Source: Gammaproteobacteria bacterium
GTDB taxonomy: Bacteria > Pseudomonadota > Gammaproteobacteria > GCA-001735895
Assembly (NCBI GenBank): GCA_050291745.1
Contig: JBNKKI010000120.1
Coordinates: 4,397-68,396, forward strand
Length of the DNA: 64,000 nucleotides
Direction: 5' to 3'
Part shown: positions 36,050-47,053 of the stretch, one piece after another
How positions within the stretch are numbered: the first letter of the stretch is position 1
Layout: each line of letters begins with the position of its first letter
Notes under the pieces: generated by a model
Database searches by the model: none
Told to the model about the DNA's origin: nothing
Seen by the model: the letters and a program-made list of their open reading frames with translations, nothing else
Program-made: the position numbers and the translations under genes

Positions 36050-37261
36050 TTAGATTTCGCGTAAACCATCAGAGGGCTCAATACGAGAGGCTCGAATACC
36101 TCCTAGAATCGCTGCTGCTGCAGCAACAAACATGGTCAACCCTAAAGCCCAGAAGAAATGTTGGGGTAGTAAATAACAAATAACCTGCTCTATTTCCAGA
36201 TTAGGGGCCAGTAACTGATTTATGGTTTGCTCAGCAATCAGATAAATTAATACGGCAAGCAACCAGCCAAGTATCCCTGTATATAAAGACTGCAATACGG
36301 GAAATAATATAATCTTGCCTCCCTGAAAACCGACCAGACGGAGAATACTCAAGTCCTTACGTTTACGGTCTACATTGGCCCACAAACTGGCACCAAGAGA
36401 AAAAGAAAAACCTACCGCTCCTACACAGGCAATTATCCAGAAAATAATACTGAGATTTCGATCGATGGATTGAACAGTTTTGATTTCTGCAATATTGGCC
36501 TTTACATTAATTCCTTTCTGCTCCAGTTCATTCACCAGGTTTTCGACATCTACAATTGAACGGGCATACATTCTGAAAGCAGGATAATTTCTTTTAGCTG
36601 AATCATTTTTATCACCAGTCCAGTTCAGCTCAGATACAGCTCGGCCATCTTTGAAACTTTCTGTTGCCAATAACATCTCAAGACTTACAAAAGCAACACT
36701 TCTGCTAATAATATTTGGTGGTGCTACATCAATTACCTGTAAATCGATATGCACACGCTCTCTTTTTCCTTTGAATTGCCTTACAAGACTGCCATCAAGC
36801 CTGTCTCCTTTAGCAATATTAAGTTTTTTAGCGATACTGTCACTGAGAATAACCTGATAGTAGCCCTGAGGTTTTATTTTTATTGATTGTAAAAGGGGGT
36901 CTTTATCAGCTGTTGCAAATAATTCGGTGGAAAAAATACGTCCGGCATTTTTACTTTTAAGCTGGATGGTGGCAGCCAGAGATCTTGTTTTGGGTATGAT
37001 AAAGGCAACATCTTCACGCTTTGAAAATTCATCAAACCAAACCTGCTCATATTGACCACTACCTACTGCCCGGATTTCCCTGTTAGAGGGATTTTCGATC
37101 AACCCGGATATCATAGAACTAACAATGCCAAACTTTAAGCCAAACAGAATCATCATGGGAGCCAGAACAGAAGCGAGAGCCAGTACAAAGCAACCGGACA
37201 TTCTCCATTCATGACTGTAATCTCTAAAGCTTAAGCTAATAATTTTATTAAACTGACTCAT
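36050..37261 (-). CDS. ABC transporter permease, FtsX/MacB/LolC-type (one N-terminal TM, a periplasmic domain, three C-terminal TMs)
   Basis: 403 aa. The TM helices flank a periplasmic domain of about 230 aa, which is the MacB-type topology. It follows an ABC ATPase gene. Confidence 0.7.
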   Translation of the reverse strand: MSQFNKIISLSFRDYSHEWRMSGCFVLALASVLAPMMILFGLKFGIVSSMISGLIENPSNREIRAVGSGQYEQVWFDEFSKREDVAFIIPKTRSLAATIQLKSKNAGRIFSTELFATADKDPLLQSIKIKPQGYYQVILSDSIAKKLNIAKGDRLDGSLVRQFKGKRERVHIDLQVIDVAPPNIISRSVAFVSLEMLLATESFKDGRAVSELNWTGDKNDSAKRNYPAFRMYARSIVDVENLVNELEQKGINVKANIAEIKTVQSIDRNLSIIFWIIACVGAVGFSFSLGASLWANVDRKRKDLSILRLVGFQGGKIILFPVLQSLYTGILGWLLAVLIYLIAEQTINQLLAPNLEIEQVICYLLPQHFFWALGLTMFVAAAAAILGGIRASRIEPSDGLREI

Positions 37262-37275
37262 AAATAACAGTAGGG

Positions 37276-38001
37276 TTAATCTTTAAAGGTAGATTGATAA
37301 ACATTGCCATTTTCAAGCACTTCTGCTTCCTGATGTAAACTACGTAAATCCATTTTATAGACATGTGCCCAGTCATGACTTGCGGTAACCATCGTTATCT
37401 TCAAACCTTTAACCAGCTCCATGACTACTGCCATAATTTTCCGTGCAGTTATTGGGTCAAGAGAAGCCGTTGGCTCATCGGCCAGTAAAATAGTCGGGCG
37501 ATGAGATAAGGCGCGGGTAAATGCCACCCGTTGACGTTCACCAGCTGATAATAAACCGGGTAATTTATCCAGTTGGCGATGAATCCCCATCACTCTGGCT
37601 ATAGAACGGGTTGAATCATCTTCCGGCATATTCATTAGTTTGCGAGGAAGCTCAATATTTTCACGAACCGTCAGATAAGGTAATAATCCACCCTGCTGCA
37701 ACACATAACCGATATGTTGTTTGCGAATTTTTGCCAGTGCATTCTGCTTTTTCTTTTGCCATAGAGCATCAATACTGAATTCTTCCTGATCATTGGCCAT
37801 TAATGAAAATTGATCAGATGAATCAGGATGTAGAGCCAGTGCCAACATATCCAGTAAGGTACTTTTGCCACATCCACTATGACCGACTAAAGCCACATTT
37901 TCCTGAGCCTTTATTTCTACCGAAGGGATAACCAGACGAAATCCAGCGCCATCAACTAAGCGAGATTTCACTACATTTTTGAGTGAATAAACAACCGACA
38001 T
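37276..38001 (-). CDS. ABC transporter ATP-binding protein
   Basis: 241 aa with Walker A GHSGCGKST, ABC signature LSAGERQRV and Walker B ILLADEPTASLD. Confidence 0.85.
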   Translation of the reverse strand: MSVVYSLKNVVKSRLVDGAGFRLVIPSVEIKAQENVALVGHSGCGKSTLLDMLALALHPDSSDQFSLMANDQEEFSIDALWQKKKQNALAKIRKQHIGYVLQQGGLLPYLTVRENIELPRKLMNMPEDDSTRSIARVMGIHRQLDKLPGLLSAGERQRVAFTRALSHRPTILLADEPTASLDPITARKIMAVVMELVKGLKITMVTASHDWAHVYKMDLRSLHQEAEVLENGNVYQSTFKD

Positions 38002-38052
38002 GACAATTTTTTAAGTTAAAAATTTTAAGTACAAAAAGCGCTCAAAATTTAA

Positions 38053-40113
38053 TTAGGGTAACAAATCCAGTGCAACAGGAAACATTGAATTTCCATTAAC
38101 AGAGCCTCCACCCGGTGTGACCCAAAGGTCGGTATGGTCATGTAAAGCCTGATAATAATTTATTTTACTTTCCAGACGATGCATGAATTCAATCTGTTCC
38201 TTGGCAGACCATTCTTCCCAATTAGCCAGGCTCAGGTTCATCACTTCGCCTGTATAAGGCAAATCATCAATGTACTCGCGCATATAGCCCAGATCAGCCA
38301 GATTACCACCTTCACTGGAAATATTCCCGGATACAGCACCCGGATCACGACTTACTGTTGCAGCAAGACTTTTTAAATCATTTAAAAATCCAGAGGGTGT
38401 AAGCACTCCCTCTTCCGCTAACTCAAGAACCTGCTGCATAACTGATTTTAAGTCGGAAAGCTGGTCACGTGTTAACAGGACTCGTACGTCAACTAATGAT
38501 TTTTGCGGATCACTGAAATCTCGATCAATCATCCAGGCATCAAAAACTTTAGGCAAAGGCTTCCCGGCCTCTTTCTGTAAATAGCGCAATCTTAGAGCAT
38601 TGCCCAGTTTTGCTACTCGAGACTGTAACTGAGCCAATTGACTCTTATCAGCGGGCTCCTGAACAGGCTGTTGCTTAATATCTGATTGAGGTGATTGCTG
38701 TGCTATTTCCTGTTGTTCAGGTATTGGCAAAGGTAATACGCCATTAATTGTTGCTAGAACCTGTTGAGTGATTTGATTAGCCAGCACTTCTAATACATTA
38801 CCGAACTCATCTACCTTACCAAGCTCCACGCCATAGTAAAAATCACCAATGCCTGGATAGAAAGATAATTTTTTATAGTATTTTTCAGCTCTTTGATGGT
38901 TGGCGGCTGGAGAATCAGATCGTAAGTGTAATACCCAGATGGAAATACCTTTATCATAAGCTAATTGTCTTAAGGCCTGAGCACTTAAACGGGTTGCTCC
39001 TAGAGAATCATCACTTTCCCTCGGACCCGCATCAGTAATTAATACGACATAACGGGCATCAAAATTATTCCAGTTAGTATTTTCTATTGCGGCTTTGATT
39101 CCTGCGTAGGCATCTTCCCGATAATCACGACTGGAAACGGAAGATGGTTCAAGCGTATTAACCCGTGAAAAGAATTCATCAGAGTCACCTCCTTGCTCCA
39201 GATTAACGAATGTGCGTGTCAGATAATCCAGTTCAGGTACCTGATCCACATTATCTCTAAAAGCAGTTAAGCCAAAATTTACCTGATTATTTAACCCTTG
39301 TCTGGCAATTGAAGCATAAACCTTGCGTACTGCTTCTCGTGTACGATCAATATAAGGTCCCATAGAAATGGTAGAATCTATAACAAAATGAATACCACTA
39401 CGATATTGACGATTCGGTGAGTCAAGCTGCTGTTGTGTATCAGAGGTTACAGTCGTGTTACTGCTTGTTTGACTGTCAATTGTTTGAGTTGATGTAATCT
39501 GATCCTGACCATCACTTAAAGGAACACTCGCTATCTGTAATAGACGAGCCTGCTCATTACCAAGATAAACGTCTTCATGTTGTTTTATCGGTACCAGATA
39601 AAAATTATTATGAATATCGACATGTGCCTCTGGTTGAATGGCTATCACAGGGTTATTGACCACCTCTTCATTATTAACCAGTTTATTATAAAGTGTGGCA
39701 TAAGCTTCCTGATCGTAATCATCTACCATTTTCTGCAGATTTGCCTTTTCTCCAAACATCAACACCCTTTGTGTATCCTGCGGGTCCTTGAAAGAAACAG
39801 TTAATGCCTGATTCCACACAATAGATTGATCTGCGGGAATCCACCCTGAAATTTTACCGAAACTGTCATGCCCGACTTCCAGCCAGTCTTTCTTTTTACT
39901 ATAAACATAAAACACGCTAAAAGGGATAATATCTTTTGAGCTGGATTTTTTATCAGCCTGACTAAATAGTCTAGCATCAGGAATGCTTAACACTCTCTGG
40001 AATAATGATTTTTTCCCTTCCATTAACAAAGGTTTCTGTATAGCCCAGCTATTAACCGAAAATAACAATACAACAGTGAATAATAGACGCAGAAAAGGGG
40101 TGTTCATAAACAT
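38053..40113 (-). CDS. Secreted vWA-domain protein (686 aa)
   Basis: It has a signal peptide (MFMNTPFLRLLFTVVLLFSVNSWA). A vWA-like segment carries a MIDAS-type DxTxS motif (FVIDSTISMGPY...LTAF...VVLITDAGPRE). Confidence 0.6.
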   Translation of the reverse strand: MFMNTPFLRLLFTVVLLFSVNSWAIQKPLLMEGKKSLFQRVLSIPDARLFSQADKKSSSKDIIPFSVFYVYSKKKDWLEVGHDSFGKISGWIPADQSIVWNQALTVSFKDPQDTQRVLMFGEKANLQKMVDDYDQEAYATLYNKLVNNEEVVNNPVIAIQPEAHVDIHNNFYLVPIKQHEDVYLGNEQARLLQIASVPLSDGQDQITSTQTIDSQTSSNTTVTSDTQQQLDSPNRQYRSGIHFVIDSTISMGPYIDRTREAVRKVYASIARQGLNNQVNFGLTAFRDNVDQVPELDYLTRTFVNLEQGGDSDEFFSRVNTLEPSSVSSRDYREDAYAGIKAAIENTNWNNFDARYVVLITDAGPRESDDSLGATRLSAQALRQLAYDKGISIWVLHLRSDSPAANHQRAEKYYKKLSFYPGIGDFYYGVELGKVDEFGNVLEVLANQITQQVLATINGVLPLPIPEQQEIAQQSPQSDIKQQPVQEPADKSQLAQLQSRVAKLGNALRLRYLQKEAGKPLPKVFDAWMIDRDFSDPQKSLVDVRVLLTRDQLSDLKSVMQQVLELAEEGVLTPSGFLNDLKSLAATVSRDPGAVSGNISSEGGNLADLGYMREYIDDLPYTGEVMNLSLANWEEWSAKEQIEFMHRLESKINYYQALHDHTDLWVTPGGGSVNGNSMFPVALDLLP

Positions 40114-40118
40114 TCCGG

Positions 40119-40718
40119 TTAATTAAAATTTAACAGCAACTGCTGAGCTTCGACATTACCAAACCTTGCTTCGGCTATTGCCCATTGATAGAGATTATCC
40201 AGTCTTGGTTTAGCCGGTTCAAAACCACTATCCAGTGCTTGCCGGTACCACTTGTAAGCCTGTATAGCATCAGCCTGATCGAGTAAATTATTTTCAGACT
40301 GGAACATAGTAGGATCACTCATTTCTGCCATCATCATCATGGCTTCAACATGTCCTTCTTTAGCTGCAAAGAAAAAAGTTAAATGCGCATCAGCCAAACT
40401 ACCTTCATTTGCATAAGACGAAGCTTTGGCCATCAATTCGTCAAATGGATAAGGCTTACCCTTTTGCCGAATCTGATCAATATACTCTCGTGCTCGTAAC
40501 CCCGGTGGTACCAGTAAATCACGATTAATCTGTCCTTCGGCACCGTCGGCAGTTAACTCAGAATTGCTCCGGGCATCATCCATCTGTAAGTCTTTTTTTG
40601 TCACAGACCCACGGTCAGACAGTAAAAATATGACAATGATAAGACCAATTACAACAATCGAGACCCAGATAAGCGGGTTAGTCCTAGAGGAATCCTGTTC
40701 TTTTTCTGCTTGCACCAT
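40119..40718 (-). CDS. Membrane-anchored Sel1/TPR-like repeat protein (199 aa)
   Basis: It has one N-terminal TM segment (LIWVSIVVIGLIIVIFLL) and Sel1-like repeats (AYKWYRQALDSG...). Confidence 0.5.
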   Translation of the reverse strand: MVQAEKEQDSSRTNPLIWVSIVVIGLIIVIFLLSDRGSVTKKDLQMDDARSNSELTADGAEGQINRDLLVPPGLRAREYIDQIRQKGKPYPFDELMAKASSYANEGSLADAHLTFFFAAKEGHVEAMMMMAEMSDPTMFQSENNLLDQADAIQAYKWYRQALDSGFEPAKPRLDNLYQWAIAEARFGNVEAQQLLLNFN

Positions 40719-40822
40719 ACCAATCTGGTTTTTTATTATTCGTTAGTTCCGGACGCAGTATCGTGCATGACAGAAATCATTTTGGCAAGAGCTACAACCT
40801 AAGTTTTAAAAATTTAACCCGG

Positions 40823-40955
40823 AAAAATCAGTTAAGCATAAAAAGAGGCTTAACGGTTTAAACCAGCAATCGCCATAGTGACGGTTGCATGGACAAAGGA
40901 AGTGTAGTTATTGTCTGAAACAAACAATTGCCTTTCATGGTTCAACTGATTTTGC
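40823..40955. mobile_element. Short, degenerate MITE family 2-like element (about 133 bp)
   Basis: Its termini are aaaaatcagttaa ... ttcaactgattttg. It lies directly beside MITE family 1 copy B. Confidence 0.4.
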
Positions 40956-40968
40956 CAGCTTTATCATC

Positions 40969-41202
40969 CTAGATTCCGCAGTTGACCGCTCGCAATAGAG
41001 GTTAACCGACTGTTTCATAAAGTATGACAGTTGATCTGTATAATCACCCAATCGGTGAATCCCGCTACGAACTGAATTGCACTTTTGAGGCGGCGTATCT
41101 CTTCGTTGTAAATCCTTGGAATAGCTCGCTATTCCGCGTCGTTACGCCTTGATCTACACCACCTCAAACGCACACTTCAATTCGTCCAACTGCGGATTCT
41201 AG
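40969..41202. mobile_element. MITE family 1, copy B (234 bp)
   Basis: The left end is ctagattccgcagttgaccgctcgcaatagag and the right end is caactgcggattctag, a near-perfect 16-bp terminal inverted repeat. It ends 2 bp from the lptE stop codon. Confidence 0.7.
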
Positions 41203-41204
41203 GA

Positions 41205-41696
41205 TCATCGACTTAACTGGGAAATCATACTTTGCATTAACCTTCTCAGTAGTCTTTTCTCTGCAGTATTGATGGTTTGCTCCTGAGCCAGTAAATTCGT
41301 CTTATCCAGTTGAACACTCGCTCTTTGCTGTAACTCACGTTGCGATAATAATTCTTTCCCGGTTTCTGATTGCACACTGAATTGTAATCCTAGCGTTAAT
41401 TGCACCAGTTCAACATCGGCAACATCTGAACTGGCGACATCCCGTCTATTGAGTGGCGCAATAGTGACCAACAGCTGATTAGCACCTTTGCTATTCTCTG
41501 TTAATTCTGCAGATGAATTAACCAGCTCTTTTCGTAATAAAGAAAGCTGCTCAGAACTGAGATTATTATTTACAACAAATAAAGGATTGTATCGGTTTGC
41601 TATTTGAGAACTACCACGTAAATGAAAGCCGCAGGCTGTCAGCTGCAATGCTAGCAGCATAGTTAAAAACAGCCTGCTGGATTTAATTAAGGTCAT
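41205..41696 (-). CDS. lptE: LPS-assembly lipoprotein LptE
   Basis: 163 aa. It has a lipoprotein signal with a lipobox (LQLTAC) followed by GFHLRG, and occupies the conserved position immediately downstream of leuS. Confidence 0.75.
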   Translation of the reverse strand: MTLIKSSRLFLTMLLALQLTACGFHLRGSSQIANRYNPLFVVNNNLSSEQLSLLRKELVNSSAELTENSKGANQLLVTIAPLNRRDVASSDVADVELVQLTLGLQFSVQSETGKELLSQRELQQRASVQLDKTNLLAQEQTINTAEKRLLRRLMQSMISQLSR

Positions 41697-44147
41697 TTAA
41701 ACAACGATATTAACCAGTTTATTAGGAACAACAATCACTTTACGAATTTCTTTACCGTCAATAAAACGCAGGACTTTTTCATCTTCAAGTGCTGTCGTTT
41801 CACAAATAGATTTATCAGCAGAGCTACTCACTTCTATCTTACTCCTAACCTTTCCATTAACCTGAACTACCATTTCAATCGTATCTTTAACCAGAGCAGA
41901 TTCATCATATTGAGGCCACTGATGATCAATAATGATACTGTCATGTCCAAGTTCCTCCCAAAGTTGATGACTTAAGTGCGGAATAATGGGCGCTAACATT
42001 AAAACAATACTTTCCAGAACTTCCTGTCGAATTGCTTTCCCCTGATCTGACTCATCGGTGAATTTGGATAAATGATTTAATAATTCCATATTAGCCGCAA
42101 TAGCTGTATTAAAAGTCAGGCGTCGACCAAAATCATCACTCACTTTTTTCAGGGTTTCATGGCATTTTAAGCGAATTGCTTTCTGATCATTATTGAGAGT
42201 GGCGACATCAACCTTATGCTCTGGTCTACCTTTTTCAACATGCTCAAATACTGCATTCCATAAACGTTTCAAATATCGATGAGCGCCTTCCACACCCGCA
42301 TCAGACCATTCCAGTGATTGCTCTGGTGGTGAAGCAAACATGATAAACAGGCGTACAGTATCAGCACCATACCGATCAATTAATTCCTGTGGATCAACCG
42401 TATTGCCTTTTGATTTAGACATTTTGGTACCTTCTTTTAATACCATGCCCTGAGTGAGCAGGTTTTTAAAAGGTTCATCAGAATGTACCAGACCTTCATC
42501 GCGTAATAATTTATGATAAAAACGTGCATACAACAGGTGCAAAATCGCATGTTCTATACCGCCAATATATTGATCAACCGGAGCCCAGTAATCAGCACGC
42601 GAATCGAGCATTGCATTTTGCTGATCGCGGCTGGCATATCGACCGTAATACCAGGATGACTCCATAAATGTATCGAAAGTATCCGTTTCTCTTTCAGCCG
42701 CTTTACCACAACTCGGACAAGTCGTTTTTTTAAATGAATCCATTTTTTTGATGGGCGAGCCAACCCCATCAAATTCAACATCTTCAGGTAAAACTACAGG
42801 CAGATCCTGTGCCGGCACTGCGACCGAACCACAATCAGGACAATTTATAACGGGAATCGGGGCTCCCCAATAGCGCTGACGGGAAACTCCCCAGTCTCGT
42901 AAACGAAAGTTAACTTTTCGTTCTCCTTTTCCTCTGGCTTCCAGATCATCGGCAATTTTATTAAAGGCAGATTGAAAATCTAAACCATTAATCATTTCTG
43001 AATTACAGCTGATACCATCTTTAGTAATAAAAGCTTCTTTATCCAGATCAACACTTGATCCATCAGCAGGTGCAACGACCTGACGAATATTGATACCGTA
43101 TTTTTTAGCAAATTCCCAGTCACGCTGATCATGAGCTGGCACCGACATAATAGCCCCGGTACCATACCCAGTAAGAACAAAATTAGCGACATAGATAGGA
43201 ATCTCTTCACCATTAACCGGATTAATAGCATTAATTCCTAATGGAAACCCTAGTTTTTCCATTTTTTCCAGTTCGGCTTCAGCAGTATTTGTTTTCTTAC
43301 ATAATTCAATAAATTCGCTTAATTCTGAATTATTGGCAGCATTGGTCAAAGATAATGGATGCTCTGCAGCAATCGCCATGAAAGTGGCGCCATACAAAGT
43401 ATCCGGTCTTGTCGTATAAATTTTTAGCGGTTCACTACCTGGCACTTCAAAGTCAACTTCCATCCCTTCAGAACGACCAATCCAGTTACGTTGCATGGTT
43501 TTAACTTTTTCGGGCCACTCTACCTTATCCAGATCTTCCAGCAATTGATCGGCATAATCGGTAATTTTCAAAAACCACTGGGATAACTCACGCCTTTCAA
43601 CGACTGTATCACAACGCCAGCATTTTCCATCTTCAACCTGCTCATTAGCTAGTACAGTCTGGTCATTCGGACACCAGTTAACCGGAGCCGTTTTTTTATA
43701 GGCAATACCTTTTTCCATCAAGCGGGTAAAAAACCATTGTTCCCAGCGATAATATTGTGGATGGCAGGTTGCTAACTCCCGGTTCCAGTCATATGCCAGA
43801 CCCAGAGATTTCAACTGATCACGCATATAATCAATGTTTTCATAGGTCCATTTTGCAGGAGCAACATTATTTTTGATTGCTGCATTTTCTGCCGGAAGAC
43901 CAAAAGCATCCCAACCCATAGGTTGCATTACATTTTTACCCAGCATACGTTGATACCGGCTAACAACATCACCAATGGTGTAATTTCGTACATGCCCCAT
44001 ATGTAATTTTCCACTGGGATAGGGAAACATAGACAGGCAATAATATTTATCCTTATCGGGCTGTTCGGTAACAATAAAGGATTCATCCTTTTCCCAGATT
44101 TCCTGGACTTTGGATTCGCAGCTTTTAGGGTCGTATTGTTGATCCAT
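41697..44147 (-). CDS. leuS: Leucyl-tRNA synthetase
   Basis: 816 aa. The N-terminus ([55 protein letters not shown]) is near-identical in pattern to E. coli LeuS, with the HMGH motif, and the KMSKS motif is present. Confidence 0.9.
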   Translation of the reverse strand: MDQQYDPKSCESKVQEIWEKDESFIVTEQPDKDKYYCLSMFPYPSGKLHMGHVRNYTIGDVVSRYQRMLGKNVMQPMGWDAFGLPAENAAIKNNVAPAKWTYENIDYMRDQLKSLGLAYDWNRELATCHPQYYRWEQWFFTRLMEKGIAYKKTAPVNWCPNDQTVLANEQVEDGKCWRCDTVVERRELSQWFLKITDYADQLLEDLDKVEWPEKVKTMQRNWIGRSEGMEVDFEVPGSEPLKIYTTRPDTLYGATFMAIAAEHPLSLTNAANNSELSEFIELCKKTNTAEAELEKMEKLGFPLGINAINPVNGEEIPIYVANFVLTGYGTGAIMSVPAHDQRDWEFAKKYGINIRQVVAPADGSSVDLDKEAFITKDGISCNSEMINGLDFQSAFNKIADDLEARGKGERKVNFRLRDWGVSRQRYWGAPIPVINCPDCGSVAVPAQDLPVVLPEDVEFDGVGSPIKKMDSFKKTTCPSCGKAAERETDTFDTFMESSWYYGRYASRDQQNAMLDSRADYWAPVDQYIGGIEHAILHLLYARFYHKLLRDEGLVHSDEPFKNLLTQGMVLKEGTKMSKSKGNTVDPQELIDRYGADTVRLFIMFASPPEQSLEWSDAGVEGAHRYLKRLWNAVFEHVEKGRPEHKVDVATLNNDQKAIRLKCHETLKKVSDDFGRRLTFNTAIAANMELLNHLSKFTDESDQGKAIRQEVLESIVLMLAPIIPHLSHQLWEELGHDSIIIDHQWPQYDESALVKDTIEMVVQVNGKVRSKIEVSSSADKSICETTALEDEKVLRFIDGKEIRKVIVVPNKLVNIVV

Positions 44148-44228
44148 AATTACTCAGAATGTGGCGTATTAAAAAGCAGCAAAGCATACTCCAGAGCGCT
44201 CTGGACATAAAGCTTAAACCTGCAAAAA

Positions 44229-45710
44229 TCAGGATTTATCTTTTCGTCTAAAAAAGAGTAAAACCGTTAAAACAATGAAAATTAACCCGGCAAGTACAGG
44301 TTGTACTTTAGCAAAAGTCAGAAAAGGTGTAGCCCCTTTTCGCCCCTGTACCTGAGCAGTTAATGTTTGCATTTCAAATTGTTTCATACTACTGGTCACA
44401 ACACCTTTATGATCGATAAATGCACTTTGTCCGGTATTAGTCGCTCTCACCATTGGTCTGCCGGTTTCCAGAGAGCGCATCTGGGCGATTTCCAGATGCT
44501 GATGCGGCGCCAGCGAATCACCAAACCAGGCATCATTACTGGTGTTCACAAGAATATTGGCTGCAGGTAAATCAAGGTTAATATCCCGACTAAAAACATC
44601 TTCATAACAAATTGAAACACCCAGTTTGATTCCTTTTACTGACATAACAGCCTGCTCATCCGGTCCAGCAGTCATATCTGACATCGGAATATCAATATAT
44701 TGCCGCATAAAAGAGAGTAATCGACGAAACGGATAATACTCCCCAAAGGGCACCAGATGACGTTTGTGATAAACCCCCTGATGATCCCCCATTAACATCA
44801 TACTGTTGTAATATATTCGCCTCATCCAGTCTGAAACCAGAATACCGACTAATAAATTACTGTTATTTTCACTAGCCTGCAATGACATAGGCGTTAAAAA
44901 ATTATCCTGCAAATCTTCAGATCGACCCGGTATGGCGACTTCAGGCCATACTATTAAATCACTGTTCCAGTTTAATTGAGTTGCATCCTGGTAAATATCG
45001 AGAATTTTTCTTCTATCCTCCCGACGCCATTTCATTTCCTGAGGAATATTACCCTGAATCATGGTGATATTCAGAGGATCGGAAAATTTCTCAGTCCAGC
45101 TAATCTGTTGTAAACCAAAACCAGACAGGCCAATAGCAGCAATTAATATGAGATAGACTGGAGATTTTTCCTTTTTCCATTTAACCATCGATAAGGATAT
45201 CAATATTGACAGACTTCCGACCCCATAAACTCCGACCAGCGGAACAAAACCAGCCAGTGGTGAGCCTGTATGAGCGTATCCAACACTAAGCCAGGGAAAA
45301 CCGGTTAATACCCAGCCTTTAAACCATTCCATCGAAAACCAGATTAATGGTAATGACCAGCTACTCCAGTAACCGGGATAGCGTTTCATTAAGGTCTTAT
45401 ATGCAATGAGTGCTGCACCAATGAACAGCGACAATGTCAGTATCATTAAGCCAGTTAAAGCGGCTGCTACCAGTGCTGGAGCATGCCCAAAATTATAAAG
45501 GCTGTGATAAATCCAGTTAACGCCAAAGCCAAAATAGCCTAAACCATAAAAAACACCGAGTAGAAAAACATGTTTGGTGTTATTTAAAAAGGATAGCTGA
45601 AATATTAATAATGCCGGCGACAGGATAACAATCGGCCAGAAAAAAAAAGGTGCAAATGCCAGCGGCATGCCAGCACCCGCCGCGAAGGCTATTAGCAAAT
45701 GTAATAACAT
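44229..45710 (-). CDS. lnt: Apolipoprotein N-acyltransferase
   Basis: 493 aa with an N-terminal multi-TM region plus a C-terminal CN-hydrolase domain, in the conserved position upstream of corC. Confidence 0.85.
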   Translation of the reverse strand: MLLHLLIAFAAGAGMPLAFAPFFFWPIVILSPALLIFQLSFLNNTKHVFLLGVFYGLGYFGFGVNWIYHSLYNFGHAPALVAAALTGLMILTLSLFIGAALIAYKTLMKRYPGYWSSWSLPLIWFSMEWFKGWVLTGFPWLSVGYAHTGSPLAGFVPLVGVYGVGSLSILISLSMVKWKKEKSPVYLILIAAIGLSGFGLQQISWTEKFSDPLNITMIQGNIPQEMKWRREDRRKILDIYQDATQLNWNSDLIVWPEVAIPGRSEDLQDNFLTPMSLQASENNSNLLVGILVSDWMRRIYYNSMMLMGDHQGVYHKRHLVPFGEYYPFRRLLSFMRQYIDIPMSDMTAGPDEQAVMSVKGIKLGVSICYEDVFSRDINLDLPAANILVNTSNDAWFGDSLAPHQHLEIAQMRSLETGRPMVRATNTGQSAFIDHKGVVTSSMKQFEMQTLTAQVQGRKGATPFLTFAKVQPVLAGLIFIVLTVLLFFRRKDKS

Positions 45711-45716
45711 GATGAA

Positions 45717-46580
45717 TTATCTATCTACTTCTGAAGATTCAACACTATTATCTATAAGCTGATATAAATGCACCTTCCGGCTGTCGGCACTCATCACCCG
45801 GAAAGTTAAATTATCCAAATCAAAACTTTCACCCCGACTTGGCAGTCGACCAATCTTACTCATCAGGTAACCCCCAATGGTTTCAACATCATCATTAAAA
45901 AATGAGGTTTTGAAATAATCATTAAATTGATCAAGTGGAGTTAAAGCACGAATAGTAAAACGATTTGAACCATGTTGACGGATATCAATTTCATCTTCAT
46001 CATCATCGTGTTCATCATCTATTTTGCCGACTATCTGTTCCAGCACATCCTCAATTGTGACTAAACCGGAAACACCACCATATTCATCAACAATCATCGC
46101 CATATGTCGACGGTTGATGCGGAATTCTTTCAGTAAAACACTTAATCTTTTGCTTTCAGGGATAAAAGTTGCAGGACGGATATAATCATTTATTTCAAAA
46201 CGTTCATCAGTTTTACTTAGAGAAAGTTGTAATAAATCCTTGGCCAGCAAGACACCAACAACATCATCTTTATCATCATCAATGACGGGGAACCGGGAGT
46301 GCCCGGAGTCATTAATTACTTCGGTAATTTCTTCCAAAGAGCTGGAATGATCAAGTACTGTCATACGGCCACGAGGTATCATAATATCGCGCACCTGCAT
46401 ATCAGAAACCTGCAGAACACCTTCAATCATGAATAATTCATCCGCACCAATAATTTGATGTTGATGAAAAACTCTCAATAACTCGATCAGTTGCTCCTGA
46501 TTTTGGGGGTCTCCTGAAAAAGCACTCATTAAGCGCTCAACCAACCCCCTGGTCGATCCATTCACTTCGGCGTCAGCCAT
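45717..46580 (-). CDS. corC: HlyC/CorC-family transporter-associated protein (CBS pair plus CorC_HlyC domain)
   Basis: 287 aa, in the ybeX position of the lnt-ybeX-ybeY-ybeZ-miaB cluster. Confidence 0.8.
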   Translation of the reverse strand: MADAEVNGSTRGLVERLMSAFSGDPQNQEQLIELLRVFHQHQIIGADELFMIEGVLQVSDMQVRDIMIPRGRMTVLDHSSSLEEITEVINDSGHSRFPVIDDDKDDVVGVLLAKDLLQLSLSKTDERFEINDYIRPATFIPESKRLSVLLKEFRINRRHMAMIVDEYGGVSGLVTIEDVLEQIVGKIDDEHDDDEDEIDIRQHGSNRFTIRALTPLDQFNDYFKTSFFNDDVETIGGYLMSKIGRLPSRGESFDLDNLTFRVMSADSRKVHLYQLIDNSVESSEVDR

Positions 46581-46597
46581 TTTGTTCTCATATCTAT

Positions 46598-47053
46598 CTA
46601 ATAAGGATTAGTGTGACCCAGACTCGCCAGAATTTCAATCTCCTTAGCTTCCATTTGTTGAGCTTCATCATCAGAAATATGGTCGAAACCCTGTAAATGC
46701 AGCATTCCATGTACCACCATATGCGCCCAATGTGAATCCAGCGTCTTATGTTGCTGAATTGCTTCCCTAGTCACAACTGAAGCACAAATCACCAGATCAC
46801 CCAAATAATCATAGCCCAGAAAGTCGGAATCATCAGCAGGAAATGATAAAACATTCGTCGACTTATTTATACCTCTCCAGGTATTATTAAGTGAACAACT
46901 TTCCGCCTCATCAACAATTCGAATAGTTTGCTCCAATTGATGATAATCTGAAATCAATGAACTTTTAACCCAGTCTTCAATTAACTCAATTGACGGCACA
47001 TCAGGTATATTATGGTCATTTTGCAGATCAATCTTAACTAAGCTTGTCTTCAT
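46598..47053 (-). CDS. ybeY: rRNA maturation endoribonuclease YbeY
   Basis: It has the HGMLHLQGFDH zinc-binding motif. The internal start MKTSLVKIDLQ gives about 151 aa. The 5' extension of the listed 182-aa ORF overlaps phoH and is rejected. Confidence 0.8.
   Translation of the reverse strand: MKTSLVKIDLQNDHNIPDVPSIELIEDWVKSSLISDYHQLEQTIRIVDEAESCSLNNTWRGINKSTNVLSFPADDSDFLGYDYLGDLVICASVVTREAIQQHKTLDSHWAHMVVHGMLHLQGFDHISDDEAQQMEAKEIEILASLGHTNPY

Noticed and set aside
44185-44202. Palindrome ctccagagcgctctggac between lnt and leuS as a terminator
   Set aside because: No U-tract follows on the transcribed (minus) strand, and leuS and lnt are probably co-transcribed. It is noted only as a possible protein-binding or RNA hairpin, which is not enough to call a feature.
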